A stretch of DNA of 64,000 nucleotides from the NCBI GenBank assembly GCA_021773335.1, contig JAJFKG010000051.1, positions 133,985 to 197,984 of the forward strand. Direction: 5' to 3'. The position numbers and the translations under genes are program-made. The DNA comes from Gammaproteobacteria bacterium. Lineage in GTDB: Bacteria > Pseudomonadota > Gammaproteobacteria > JAJFKG01. Shown here piece by piece: positions 30,001-38,983 of the stretch (its first letter is position 1; each line of letters starts with the position of its first letter). A model generated the notes under the pieces. That model made no database searches. It was not told where the DNA came from and saw nothing but the letters and a program-made list of their open reading frames with translations.

Positions 30001-32609
30001 AAGCCTATGAGACAATCTTAGCTCGCTTAGGAGAAAAAGGCGTAGATGTAAAGACCCGCGAGACCCTATTAAAATACGCGGAAAATAGCATTAACATCGC
30101 CCCTGAACTTGCGCGTGATGCCGCTGCATTTGAGGCGCGCCAAGCAGAGCTCGCCAAAGATGATCCAATTATCGCAGATGTTTCCGGCTTGTTTGCTGAT
30201 GATATGGATGCTGAAACAGATACGGTATCTGTGCTCGATGACATGAGTCAATCTGAGAGCGATGTGCAATCATCATTAAGTAGTATTTTTGATGCCAGCA
30301 CAGAAGCAATGACACAATCAGATGATGCATTGGTTGATGATTTTGGTGATGCAAGTGAATACGCAGACTTAGTGGCTGAGTTTAACCCTGATACAGGAGC
30401 AGGTGCCGACACCAGCCCTGCCGCTACAACGCCTAAGCCAGCGGCGTTACAACGTGCGCGTGCGCATACGGTTGGATCAGAGTTGGATCAGTTCAGGCGG
30501 CATCAGTTAATTGTTGCGGAATTAGAACGACATATTGCAAGCACTAATGAGCTGTTTGCAGTTAATCATGCGCGTACTTTGCAGAGTGCTGCTGCTATTT
30601 CTAGCGAATTTCATGCTGAGCAATTATCGGAAATAACGCATGCGGGACAAACAGGGTCGCAAAGCTTTGTTGCAAGTGTGCAAGCACTCAAAGATTTCCT
30701 GGCGTTCTATAAGACAGCAGATCCGCAAGTGCAGGCGCTCTATAAAGAACAGTATGAGGCAGTGAATGCACAGATAGCTAATTTGGTTGGCAATGCTTTA
30801 ACGCAGTTTGCTGATTACAGCAATCATATCGGCGTGCTCGAGCGCGAGGTGAGAACGCTCACTGAATCGGGAGCTTTAATGCAAACTGCCCAGGACCTAA
30901 AAGGTAAGCTTGCAATCCTGCGGCAACCGATGGCAGTCCAGTATGACAATGGTATTGAAGAATACGCACGGAGACTTGCTGATATCGCAACTTTCGCCAA
31001 TGAACTTTCATCCTTAGATGAACAGCTTGATGTGGTAGAGCGATTGTCGACACAAGTGGGTTTTATGCAAGCCATTTTCGCGAGCAGTGAGTCGCTCGCG
31101 ATTCTCTGGCGTGTACTGCCGGAGGCCTTTCCAAACCATGATGAAACAATTGCTGCAGAGAAAGCTCGCGTAGCTCAATTAGTCAGGTCGATTAGTCCTC
31201 TGGCTTTACAGCTTGATGACATAAACATTAAGTTTGGTGAGTTATATAACACTGCACAAGAGCCAACCATCACAGTTGGTTATCAGCGTGTCCCAACTCG
31301 CATGCAATTGGTTCGTAGTGTGCTGCATTTGCTTGCGGAAGACGTTAAAGAGCTCAAGGTGACGAACTTGAAATCAACGGCTGAATTGATTCAAGCAAAT
31401 ATTGAAAGATTAGAGGCACATCTGCAGTTAATAGAGAGACTGCCTTTTGCTTTGAGCGAGCTAGAAAAATCGACGGATTCTATACTGCTTGATCAGACTT
31501 CAGAGTCTCCACAATTACGAGTTATCATGCTCATTAACAGGCAATTGGAGCAATTACGCAACTTACAGCCGCTTAGCCAGCTTGACGCTATAAGCATAAG
31601 TGATTTAGTTAGCCAGGTTATCGGTGAGTCTGCCCAACCAGTTACTGTCGCTGATGATGATGTAGAGATGGCAGATGTTCAAGAAGAGGCTGGCGTCGCC
31701 GCACATCGCGACTTGCTGGATAGTATTGAACAATTTGATACGGCTGATTTGCGTCCGGTAGCGCAAGATGCAACAACTACAGCACCGGCAGCTACAGCTG
31801 GCTCCGCATCGCGTGCGGCAGGTACCACGACAATGGCGACAACGCCAGCGACTACCACCGTGGCCAATGCACAAGCACAAGCTCAACAACCCAGACCGCA
31901 ACAAGGCAACGGTTTTTGGGGATTCCTCAAACCTATTACGGATTACGTTACTGCATTAGTAACTAGTATGCTACATGCTGTCGCGCCGGCTAAACAACGT
32001 GAAAAGGCTATTGTCTCTGATGTTAAAGCAGTCCATAAGCAGCGTCATCGAAGGTCTGATTCGCTTGCCAAACAGACAGCTGAATTGATGGAAAAATATT
32101 TGGATGAAACAGGCTCTATACAAAAAGCGCTGGATAGTGCGCGTACTTTGTCAACACAGGCGACGAAGGCGTTACATGCTGCAGAGGATGGCCAGGCTGA
32201 CGTGCAGGCTTTACAGAATTGCGATAAGCAATTGCGAACTTTGTTCGGCAAATTTACTCGCTATCAAACTAATGTTGAGCGCTTGCTGCAAAATGCTGCG
32301 ACTCAAGGTCCGCATATCGTGAATAGTGGATATATGAAAGAAACTGATTTTAGTAATAATGTAGTTATGCTGAATATGACCAAGAGTAGTATGGTAGCTC
32401 TGCGTAGTCAGTTAAGTCGCTTGGAGCAACAAACCAGTCAGTTATTGGGTATCGAACTCATGAAAGTCCACCAGCAAAAACAGGAAGCTAAGCAACGTGG
32501 CGAACTATTGGGGACGGCTGACGCAACGGTTAAGCATGCCGCTGACAGTATTGTTGACCCAGCCTTAAAACCGCCAGATGCCTCATCGGTCGCATCACCA
32601 GCAGCGTAG
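27045..32609 (+). CDS. giant orphan protein (about 1854 aa), alpha-helical/coiled-coil with Ala/Gln/Glu-rich, acidic Asp/Ser-rich and Thr/Ala-rich segments
   Basis: Uninterrupted 5.7-kb ORF. ATG at 27045 is preceded by GGGGAA. No recognisable catalytic motif, no signal peptide. A hydrophobic patch lies near the C-terminus (GFWGFLKPITDYVTALVTSMLHAVAP). Confidence 0.7.
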   Translation: MVDKVGTEQAILRRVATRKQLRDMLGGTAARTMPDLRERLSADVVPTLRRAATETAITRKGAKKRDRSSRMYAGSKKAKEVKSAAAQVAYQHLKETAEKAFAESAHTTDTLTVSSEQATATLTQLQASLEGFASRAAEFTQSGLAREVAANLGGHLAFIIYDAHNLQADVVAMQVALAQAGSHADLEALYEKIQRHPLFDAKAPEFANGIQPSALRAFTSIEVLTRQLSALSTQADAFVATLGEQYSELAITAGPDFTAGFVQTTQQLAGYQSLKQHIVSQLDAVNPDSLLASMGRVQDEIQAAGITRDNVGKASITQRSRWLGQYRIARSQVDALLEQKEEISSLANKLAKQQGDLGEGLTGFANDSAAFLAGIGPLITSNHDENSLINRENHLNHIANAIEYMGGALPESVHFGDDTNKKLTELAQVLDRKPEMQTVIRSAQAILKALVSDARLSQMMEFADKQASEFAAINAESTTAIDMPQAVALLERLQTVRRELQDHQAGYNEAFATVQAQLKDATGAFLTAKDAIRSALVALPEKQQSKMRSQMRTWNNLLGQLQGPLGILSTDGVSYVDAQLEKVDSLERQIESHLQTRMQQQREVREQQQLTEAQANLAKLAKLVADHAEKADWTSEQLAQIVVRLESSQQQSQALQGRIDTETFDALEERRDAILEQGRAAATSDYLQILFVQGGADQDMLAVVLPDEVKQQLGVARGQLTGNTDASPTTTSAAVAESSRSLSASVASTEKPASSASSSGSHDDMDISLPERVAWPRLSGTRTARSFTVMTPTGHLRAKFEKAFADVRTRQAEALALHKVAHSALLAARSDYHEWRTEARELERSIGTRVPGEALDKLASLLVAQRTLQQATVESALMRQEAAIGASVKIRAVIQAFANNKAFFKETPPTAKHRLDALHSALIKYKDQVDAFVTDVRLHTGLIDPSLASAVRISPAGSMLITNSIINAILKHTDGITPDSVEEYRQAYETILARLGEKGVDVKTRETLLKYAENSINIAPELARDAAAFEARQAELAKDDPIIADVSGLFADDMDAETDTVSVLDDMSQSESDVQSSLSSIFDASTEAMTQSDDALVDDFGDASEYADLVAEFNPDTGAGADTSPAATTPKPAALQRARAHTVGSELDQFRRHQLIVAELERHIASTNELFAVNHARTLQSAAAISSEFHAEQLSEITHAGQTGSQSFVASVQALKDFLAFYKTADPQVQALYKEQYEAVNAQIANLVGNALTQFADYSNHIGVLEREVRTLTESGALMQTAQDLKGKLAILRQPMAVQYDNGIEEYARRLADIATFANELSSLDEQLDVVERLSTQVGFMQAIFASSESLAILWRVLPEAFPNHDETIAAEKARVAQLVRSISPLALQLDDINIKFGELYNTAQEPTITVGYQRVPTRMQLVRSVLHLLAEDVKELKVTNLKSTAELIQANIERLEAHLQLIERLPFALSELEKSTDSILLDQTSESPQLRVIMLINRQLEQLRNLQPLSQLDAISISDLVSQVIGESAQPVTVADDDVEMADVQEEAGVAAHRDLLDSIEQFDTADLRPVAQDATTTAPAATAGSASRAAGTTTMATTPATTTVANAQAQAQQPRPQQGNGFWGFLKPITDYVTALVTSMLHAVAPAKQREKAIVSDVKAVHKQRHRRSDSLAKQTAELMEKYLDETGSIQKALDSARTLSTQATKALHAAEDGQADVQALQNCDKQLRTLFGKFTRYQTNVERLLQNAATQGPHIVNSGYMKETDFSNNVVMLNMTKSSMVALRSQLSRLEQQTSQLLGIELMKVHQQKQEAKQRGELLGTADATVKHAADSIVDPALKPPDASSVASPAA

Positions 32610-32681
32610 TCAGATTGGCGCGTTGGTGATTTTTCCGGTAAAATCGCACCAACTTTGATCACGTTGGTAAGGTAAAACACG

Positions 32682-33542
32682 ATGCATGTACAGACTGTCG
32701 ATTTCCAAGCCCCTGAGGCGCCAGTATTATTTACTCAATCGTTAAAAGAAACCGGTTTTGCGGTATTAAATAACCATCCCATTCAAGCTGCTGAAATCGA
32801 TGAAATGTATGCTGCTTGGGAAAGTTTTTTTGCTTCTGATAGTAAGCACGATTTTCTCTATGACCATGATAATCAAGATGGTTTTTTCCCTGCAGAAATT
32901 GCCGAAGTGGCCAAGGGCAATGATATCCGTGATTTAAAAGAGTTTTTCCAACTATACTCATGGGGACAAATACCTGAAAATTTACGTCCCATTAGTCTGC
33001 ATATGTACACCAAGTTAAGCAATGTCGCTGCGACCTTGCTGAATTGGCTGGAAGAGAATACCCCTGATGAAATCAAGCAACATTTCTCCGAGCATTTAAG
33101 TTCAATGATCCAAGATAGCCCGCGTACCCAATTACGTATTTTGCATTATCCGCCGCTGACGGGTGATGAAGAGGCTGGCGCAGTGCGTGCAGCAGCACAT
33201 GGTGATATTAATCTGATTACCCTATTAGTTGCGGGAACTGCTCCTGGCTTACAGGCACAAGACAGTGCAGGCAATTGGCACGATGTCAGTTGTGATAAAG
33301 GTGCTGTGGTGGTGAATGTTGGTGATATGCTGGAGCGAGCTTCGCAACGCTATTACAAATCCACTATTCATCGCGTGCTCAATCCAACGGGTGAAGCTGC
33401 TAAAAAAGCTCGTATGTCTTTGCCTCTATTCTTACACCCACGTGACGAAGTCTATCTCACCAATACCGTTACTGCGAACGATTACCGCATCGAGCGTTTA
33501 ATCGAGTTGGGGATTTACGACAAAGCTAAGGCAACAGCTTGA
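32682..33542 (+). CDS. 2-oxoglutarate/Fe(II)-dependent oxygenase (isopenicillin-N-synthase-like)
   Basis: HxD…H triad candidates AHGDINL and STIHRV. About 286 aa, typical of 2OG-FeII_Oxy proteins. Confidence 0.7.
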   Translation: MHVQTVDFQAPEAPVLFTQSLKETGFAVLNNHPIQAAEIDEMYAAWESFFASDSKHDFLYDHDNQDGFFPAEIAEVAKGNDIRDLKEFFQLYSWGQIPENLRPISLHMYTKLSNVAATLLNWLEENTPDEIKQHFSEHLSSMIQDSPRTQLRILHYPPLTGDEEAGAVRAAAHGDINLITLLVAGTAPGLQAQDSAGNWHDVSCDKGAVVVNVGDMLERASQRYYKSTIHRVLNPTGEAAKKARMSLPLFLHPRDEVYLTNTVTANDYRIERLIELGIYDKAKATA

Positions 33543-33712
33543 TATTCGGTTTTGCATTAAGTTTGAATGCGCAAAAACCCCTGTTTTTCATTTGTTAAAC
33601 GGTATTTCTACGCTAGGCTTATTATTAAGCAAACAGGCATTTTAAACACTTGTTGCGATAAAGTGTTGACAGCAAGATCAATAAGATAATTTTGAATACG
33701 GTGGAGGTTATT

Positions 33713-34444
33713 ATGGCGACGAGATTTGGAATACGTTCAGGTTTTATGAAGTTTGGGAAAAGCGCTATGGAAGCAATGTCAAAAACATGGCAAGCGGTGA
33801 CCCAAGGTAGTGGGACACGTGGTCGTGGTAAAGCGATTGTAGAAGGCCAGCGTCGCACAAGCCATCAACAGCAGCAGCGTGAATTAACAAAAGTTGAAGT
33901 CACAGCTGAACGTTTGCGAGGCATTATTGATGGGACGGCGCCGGCTTACAAAACGGCGGATGCTGCCAAAGAAATAGCTGATGAAATAGGTGATTTTTTA
34001 CTTGCGCATGCAAGAAAAGGGGGACAGGCTAGCAAGCTTAGTGAAAGCGATGTGGTACAGTTAGAAAAATACAGTCTAAAGCTTAAGCGGACAATAGCCC
34101 AAGTAAGTCTTAGTCACAAGCTTGGAGAGGGGCTGCTTGGCGATGCTAAAGCCCAGGTTAGTACTTTAAAAAATGACCACCTAGCACCAAGACAGCTTAC
34201 TGCGGCAGGGGTGAAGCTCAATGCGCTTAATCAGAATTTGTCAAAGCTTCAAGACCGGCTCACAAACATCAAGGAGAAGGTTGATGTGCTAGTTAAGGAA
34301 GCAAAGTATCAAAAAGGTAAGGCCGCCAAAGAAGTCGCAGACAAACCTACTAGCCACACACCTGATGTTGAGAATGTACAGGAAGCTGGAGTCGCTACTA
34401 GCAGCACTACCTTCACTATAACCATGGGAGGCACGGGAGGATAG
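33713..34444 (+). CDS. orphan coiled-coil protein (about 243 aa)
   Basis: ATG at 33713 is preceded by GGTGGAGG. Heptad-rich, no domain recognised. Confidence 0.5.
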   Translation: MATRFGIRSGFMKFGKSAMEAMSKTWQAVTQGSGTRGRGKAIVEGQRRTSHQQQQRELTKVEVTAERLRGIIDGTAPAYKTADAAKEIADEIGDFLLAHARKGGQASKLSESDVVQLEKYSLKLKRTIAQVSLSHKLGEGLLGDAKAQVSTLKNDHLAPRQLTAAGVKLNALNQNLSKLQDRLTNIKEKVDVLVKEAKYQKGKAAKEVADKPTSHTPDVENVQEAGVATSSTTFTITMGGTGG

Positions 34445-34456
34445 ACTTAGTTTTAT

Positions 34457-36133
34457 TCACACCAGTACCTTCTGCAAATACCCCTCTACATTATCGCGGT
34501 CAATCACTTGGCCGCGATATCCTATATGTTTATCCGGACGAATAAGATAAATGCTCGCAGCCTTAGCACCATAACGTGCGTGACATTGCGCATTAGCATC
34601 GATAAGCACATTGGATTGCCAAGCTTCATTCAATGATTCAGGCGTGATTTGGTGGGCATCAGTGAGGATTAAAAAGGCTTGCATCAAACCGGGATAATAT
34701 TGCTTAGCCCAATCACCAATCGCCATTAATTGCTGCACTTGTTGTTGTGTGCTTTGGTAAGCGAATAATAACAAAGTATGTTGTGGGCCTTTGAGTAGCT
34801 CGTAGAGACTTAAACTGTCGTTGGGTGCTTGCAAGCGTGCTACTGCTTGCTCAGGTAAGCGTGCGCCGGCTTTAGGGCCTTTGGCGAAGGCCATATTACT
34901 CGTCAATTTGCTGAGATCTAACCAATTAATCGCTTCGTTGGCGACGATGGGGCTCTTGTGATAATTGATTTTTACCTCAGCCATTTGGTCGGCCATGGTA
35001 TGGCGAAAGGCAGGTAACTTAGCCAAGTTTTGTAAAGAAGTATTACGTAACTTTTTCAATTTAGGATTTTCGACAGTAATCATCTTGGTCATCATGCCGG
35101 TGGCACGCAATACACCTTCGGCAACAGGGTGACGCTCAGCATGATAACTATCCAACAAATTATCGCTGGCTTTGCCGTGTATAGCTAAAGCGAGCTTCCA
35201 CGCTAGGTTATAAGCGTCTTGAATACCGGTATTCATGCCTTGGCCACCGACGGGTGAATGGATATGCGCAGCATCTCCGATAAAGAAAACACGTTGATGA
35301 CGATATTGAGCGATTTGACGTTGGTTAATCCAAAAATGCGACGTCCAGGTCGGTTCTTCAAATTCGATAGCAACGGGGCAACGTTGTTTAGCGATCGTTT
35401 TAAAGTGTTCTAGGCTAGGGTTGGTGACATCTGCGAATTCCTGAGTGTGACTGACATCAGCAATCACACGTGAGAAATCTTTTAAGGGAAGTACAGCCAT
35501 CACGCCATCTTTTGACATAAAGGCATGCACTTGGTCGTGTGGCAATGGCCAGTGAATTTTGACATCAGCCATAATGAAATGTTCTGCTAGGCTTTCACCT
35601 GCAAAGTTTAAATCTAAAAGTTTACGTACGATACTATGGCTGCCATCCGCTGCAACCACGTATTGGCAACGGATCTCTTCTTCGCGTTCATTATGGCTGT
35701 ATTTGACACGGGCGGTGACGCTATTATCGTTTTGAAAAATACTGATTAATTCTGCTGGACGTTCGACATTGGCGTGCAGGGCTTGCAAGCGTTGATTAAA
35801 GACTTTCTCTGTGCTTTGTTGTGGTAACCCCAAGATATAAGGGTAGGGTGAATCGATATCGCTAAGATCAATATGTAAGATCTTTTCACCTTCAGCATAT
35901 AAGTTGGTGGCATACAGTTTATTGGCATCGGCAGTCGCTGCGGGCAAGATGTCTAAATCAGCGAGTATTTCTTGCGTGCGACTATGAATGGCTAGCGCAT
36001 TCGAGGTTGTTACTGGTTGTGGTAATTTATCGATGATACGATATTTAATACCGTGTTGTTGTAATGCACAGGCCATGGCTAAGCCACTGGGGCCGGCACC
36101 GGTGATTAAGATGGGTAGGTTGCTATCCTGCAT
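34457..36133 (-). CDS. FAD-dependent aromatic-ring monooxygenase (phenol 2-monooxygenase / PHBH class A family with C-terminal thioredoxin-like domain)
   Basis: N-terminal dinucleotide-binding motif ILITGAGPSGLAMA, DG fingerprint GDAAHIHSPVGGQGMN, about 558 aa. Start at ATG 36133 with RBS GAGGAG. Confidence 0.8.
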   Translation of the reverse strand: MQDSNLPILITGAGPSGLAMACALQQHGIKYRIIDKLPQPVTTSNALAIHSRTQEILADLDILPAATADANKLYATNLYAEGEKILHIDLSDIDSPYPYILGLPQQSTEKVFNQRLQALHANVERPAELISIFQNDNSVTARVKYSHNEREEEIRCQYVVAADGSHSIVRKLLDLNFAGESLAEHFIMADVKIHWPLPHDQVHAFMSKDGVMAVLPLKDFSRVIADVSHTQEFADVTNPSLEHFKTIAKQRCPVAIEFEEPTWTSHFWINQRQIAQYRHQRVFFIGDAAHIHSPVGGQGMNTGIQDAYNLAWKLALAIHGKASDNLLDSYHAERHPVAEGVLRATGMMTKMITVENPKLKKLRNTSLQNLAKLPAFRHTMADQMAEVKINYHKSPIVANEAINWLDLSKLTSNMAFAKGPKAGARLPEQAVARLQAPNDSLSLYELLKGPQHTLLLFAYQSTQQQVQQLMAIGDWAKQYYPGLMQAFLILTDAHQITPESLNEAWQSNVLIDANAQCHARYGAKAASIYLIRPDKHIGYRGQVIDRDNVEGYLQKVLV

Positions 36134-36274
36134 TGTTTTCTCCTCTCGGACCGTCACAAAACGCCAATGTCTTTGTTAAAAGTTGCGCTTAAGTCGGTCA
36201 TTTATGTTGAATAAACTCTCTCACTAGGCGCCGCTGTTGCTTCGACTTTGATGTTTTTATTACCTATTAATCAG

Positions 36275-36406
36275 GGCTACGCGTAGCCTATTGTGTTTGG
36301 AATCAATGCCTCGCTTGTAGCCTTGATAAGCTGCGTAGCAGCGCATCAAGGTTCCACGGTCATTAAAGCCCCTTGATGCGCACGTAAACGTGCTTATCAA
36401 GGCTAC
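36275..36406. repeat. REP-like palindromic element (copy 2; gtagccttgataag…cttatcaaggctac units)
   Basis: Two inverted units that are homologous to the second palindrome in copy 1. Intergenic, between the monooxygenase gene and tpx. Confidence 0.65.
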
Positions 36407-36565
36407 AATTTAACGGCAATCTAACATATTTTGAACGTATAAAAAATGCCTATTTTTATTGGCATTTTGTCATACTGAAAAGCGTTGTCGGGACTGATAT
36501 TTCCCATTATACTGCCGCAGTTTTATAACAGATACAGTTGTCTATTTTTTGCAACGGAGGAAACC

Positions 36566-37153
36566 ATGCGAATTATCGTTTTGGCATTAGCATTATTAGC
36601 AGTCGCGTTTTGGCAATCGAGTCAAGCCGTCGATACGATTACATTTTCTGGTAAACCCATTCATGTGAATGATGCTCGTGTGACATTAGGTCAAGTGGTA
36701 CCACAGATCGATTTGGTTGGTCCAGCATTACAAGCGGTCGATGTCGGTGGTAAGAGTGGTCGCGTGCAAGTGATCGCCTCTATTTTGTCGTTGAATACAA
36801 AAGTCTGTAGTGCCGAGACGAAACGTTTAGAAGACATGGCACGCGATAATCCCAATGTTGACTTTATCGTGGTTACAAAAGATTTGCCATTTGCATTGCA
36901 ACATTTTAGCAAAGAAAACAAAATTAAAAACCTAACCTTAGCGTCAGATTTTCGTGGCGATGCTTTTGGTGATATTTACGGTACGCGCATTACCGATAGT
37001 AAGTTAAAAGGTTTAAACAATCGAGCGGTGTTTGTTATCGATGCTAATGGTAAATTGATCTATAAACAAATCGTCAAAGAAATTAATACTCCACCGAATT
37101 ACCGCAAATTAGCTAAGGCTATCCATAAAGCCGAAGAACGTAGTAAGGCGTAA
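36566..37153 (+). CDS. tpx: thiol peroxidase (atypical 2-Cys peroxiredoxin) with N-terminal signal peptide
   Basis: Peroxidatic-Cys region KVCSAETKRLE. Signal peptide MRIIVLALALLAVAFWQSSQA. RBS GGAGGA before ATG 36566. Confidence 0.85.
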   Translation: MRIIVLALALLAVAFWQSSQAVDTITFSGKPIHVNDARVTLGQVVPQIDLVGPALQAVDVGGKSGRVQVIASILSLNTKVCSAETKRLEDMARDNPNVDFIVVTKDLPFALQHFSKENKIKNLTLASDFRGDAFGDIYGTRITDSKLKGLNNRAVFVIDANGKLIYKQIVKEINTPPNYRKLAKAIHKAEERSKA

Positions 37154-37216
37154 TATACAGGGTTTTTCGTCAATCCCACCTTGTAGCCCGAGTCTGACAG
37201 ATCGGCGCGAACAGTC

Positions 37217-37245
37217 CTGGTCCCACCGCTCTGCGGTGGGACCTT
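37217..37245. repeat. hairpin repeat, ctggtccc..gggacctta family
   Basis: ctggtcccaccgctctgcggtgggaccttaa, immediately downstream of tpx. Confidence 0.5.
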
Positions 37246-37315
37246 AACGTTACTCACCCTATTCCTATGCCCTGTAGCTAGGCTGGGATATTATGAATGG
37301 ATACTCCAGTAAGCC

Positions 37316-37440
37316 GTAGCCCGGATAAGCGCGGCACGCGCGTCATCCGGGGAGTTTGTTTGCGATTGCTGTTCCCGGATGACGTTGCTGCGTAACTTAT
37401 CCGGGCTACATATGAGCTTGACTACAAGACATTAGCCTAC
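37316..37440. repeat. REP/BIME-like element (copy 3)
   Basis: gtagcccggataagcgcggcacgcgcgtcatccggg … cccggatgacgttgctgcgtaacttatccgggctac, plus a terminal cttgactacaagacattagcctac arm. Confidence 0.7.
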
Positions 37441-37445
37441 ATGAC

Positions 37446-38630
37446 TCAATAGCCTAAGACAATACCTGGAAGATATGGAGTAGTTTCTGTGCATGTAATA
37501 GGGCTATTTGCATCAGGATTATTTGTTCCGTAATACAAATCAAAAGTAAAATACTCTCGCAATACTCGTAGCAAGGTTTCCAAGAAATTTTCGCTTCGTG
37601 TGTTTGCAGGTGCAGGGGTGATTGTGGTGGTTGTTCCCGTAGAGCTATTTAGTTGCCGAAATTGTCGAGCTTGGGGAACATGCTGTGATGCAAACGTTGT
37701 GGATGGTTTACTCCCATCAGAGGTTGGCAATATGAAAGTCCCCGTAGTTTGGCTAGTGAAATCGACATCCATGCTTGAACTGGCCAGTGAGGTGCCTACT
37801 GTGGTGGTAGCCTCGTCTGCTTGCTTTTGCTCCTTAATGACGATGGCTGGCCGCACAACCTCACTTAAGCTGGATTCAAGCATGCCATAGCTATCGGCTG
37901 CCAATTGGCGTTGTAGCAGTGGGACGCGGGTATCGAATATGTTCGCAACCGCCAACAATTGGATACTTAGTGTGTCAGCGCTTAGTTTGTCAGTCGATAA
38001 ATCTCCAATTTTTTCTCTCAGAGCTATTTCATAATTGCTTTTGGTTTGAGAGTTGCTACTTAAATCAATATAGTCCCGATGATCATCTTCGGGTTGTATG
38101 ATTGCGCGATAGGCTGCAAATATGCCAATAAAAAATCGCATGGCCAAGGATGTAATTTCACGCTCATTACCTTGACGTAAAAAATCTCTATCTTCAACGT
38201 TGCGAAAGTGGTGCAAAATACTAGCTTGTGTTTTATGTAAATTAGCAATTTCATAGAATCTCAGTTTTACCTGATCTGGAAAGTTTTTCACAGCCGTTCG
38301 CAGGCTTCGTAGGGCTTCTATGTGGCCGTTGCTGTGACTTTTTGATTGGAGAATGTTACTTACCCAAGCCTCAAATTTTTGTTGTTCTTCTGCGAGGTTG
38401 GTTGTTTGAATCACGGGAGTACGGCTTGAGTTTCCGCTATCGCGTGAAATATCGGGTGCGGTTTGTGCCCTTAATAAAGGTGGGCGCTCCGAAGAGCGTC
38501 GGCGAGTGCTCGCAGCGCTGCTTGTAGGCCATCGTGAGGTCATGGATTGGCTGCGACCTAGCTGAGGTGGACGGGCTTTTCTTTTCGCTGCATCGATGCT
38601 TCTCTCGGCTGGTTGGGGACTATCACGCAT
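37446..38630 (-). CDS. orphan protein (394 aa) with Ser/Arg-rich N-terminus and Ser/Thr-rich C-terminal half
   Basis: RBS AGAGGTGA before ATG 38630. No domain recognised. Lower GC than neighbours. Confidence 0.55.
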   Translation of the reverse strand: MRDSPQPAERSIDAAKRKARPPQLGRSQSMTSRWPTSSAASTRRRSSERPPLLRAQTAPDISRDSGNSSRTPVIQTTNLAEEQQKFEAWVSNILQSKSHSNGHIEALRSLRTAVKNFPDQVKLRFYEIANLHKTQASILHHFRNVEDRDFLRQGNEREITSLAMRFFIGIFAAYRAIIQPEDDHRDYIDLSSNSQTKSNYEIALREKIGDLSTDKLSADTLSIQLLAVANIFDTRVPLLQRQLAADSYGMLESSLSEVVRPAIVIKEQKQADEATTTVGTSLASSSMDVDFTSQTTGTFILPTSDGSKPSTTFASQHVPQARQFRQLNSSTGTTTTITPAPANTRSENFLETLLRVLREYFTFDLYYGTNNPDANSPITCTETTPYLPGIVLGY

Positions 38631-38983
38631 AAATCACCTCTACAAAAAACTCTAAATATTATTACTATCCTTGCCGCGAGAGAAGTTAAAAATGAATTAA
38701 TCCTGAATTCATAAAATGCAAATATTGTTTTCGGTCTCTCAGTAGGTATAGCAACTGACAGTGAGAACGCAAGAAACATGCGGCGAAAAATTCACATAAA
38801 TTTGTGCATTAATGTGTGAGTTTTAGGCCTATTTTTATGGGCTATTTCGTAAATGGCTGTAAGCGGATTAATCTTGGGCTTGTGGCAGCCTACACTATCA
38901 GTAGCTTAGTGTTTGGTCGACAAAGCGTAGCACTTATGAGATCCTATCTACGTACAAATACAGGATGAATTAGCAAAGGTGAT

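Noticed and set aside
31605-31959. Small ORFs (Cys/Arg-rich or Ala/Val-rich) inside the giant gene
   Set aside because: Alternate-frame readings of the Thr/Ala/Pro low-complexity linker of the 1854-aa ORF.
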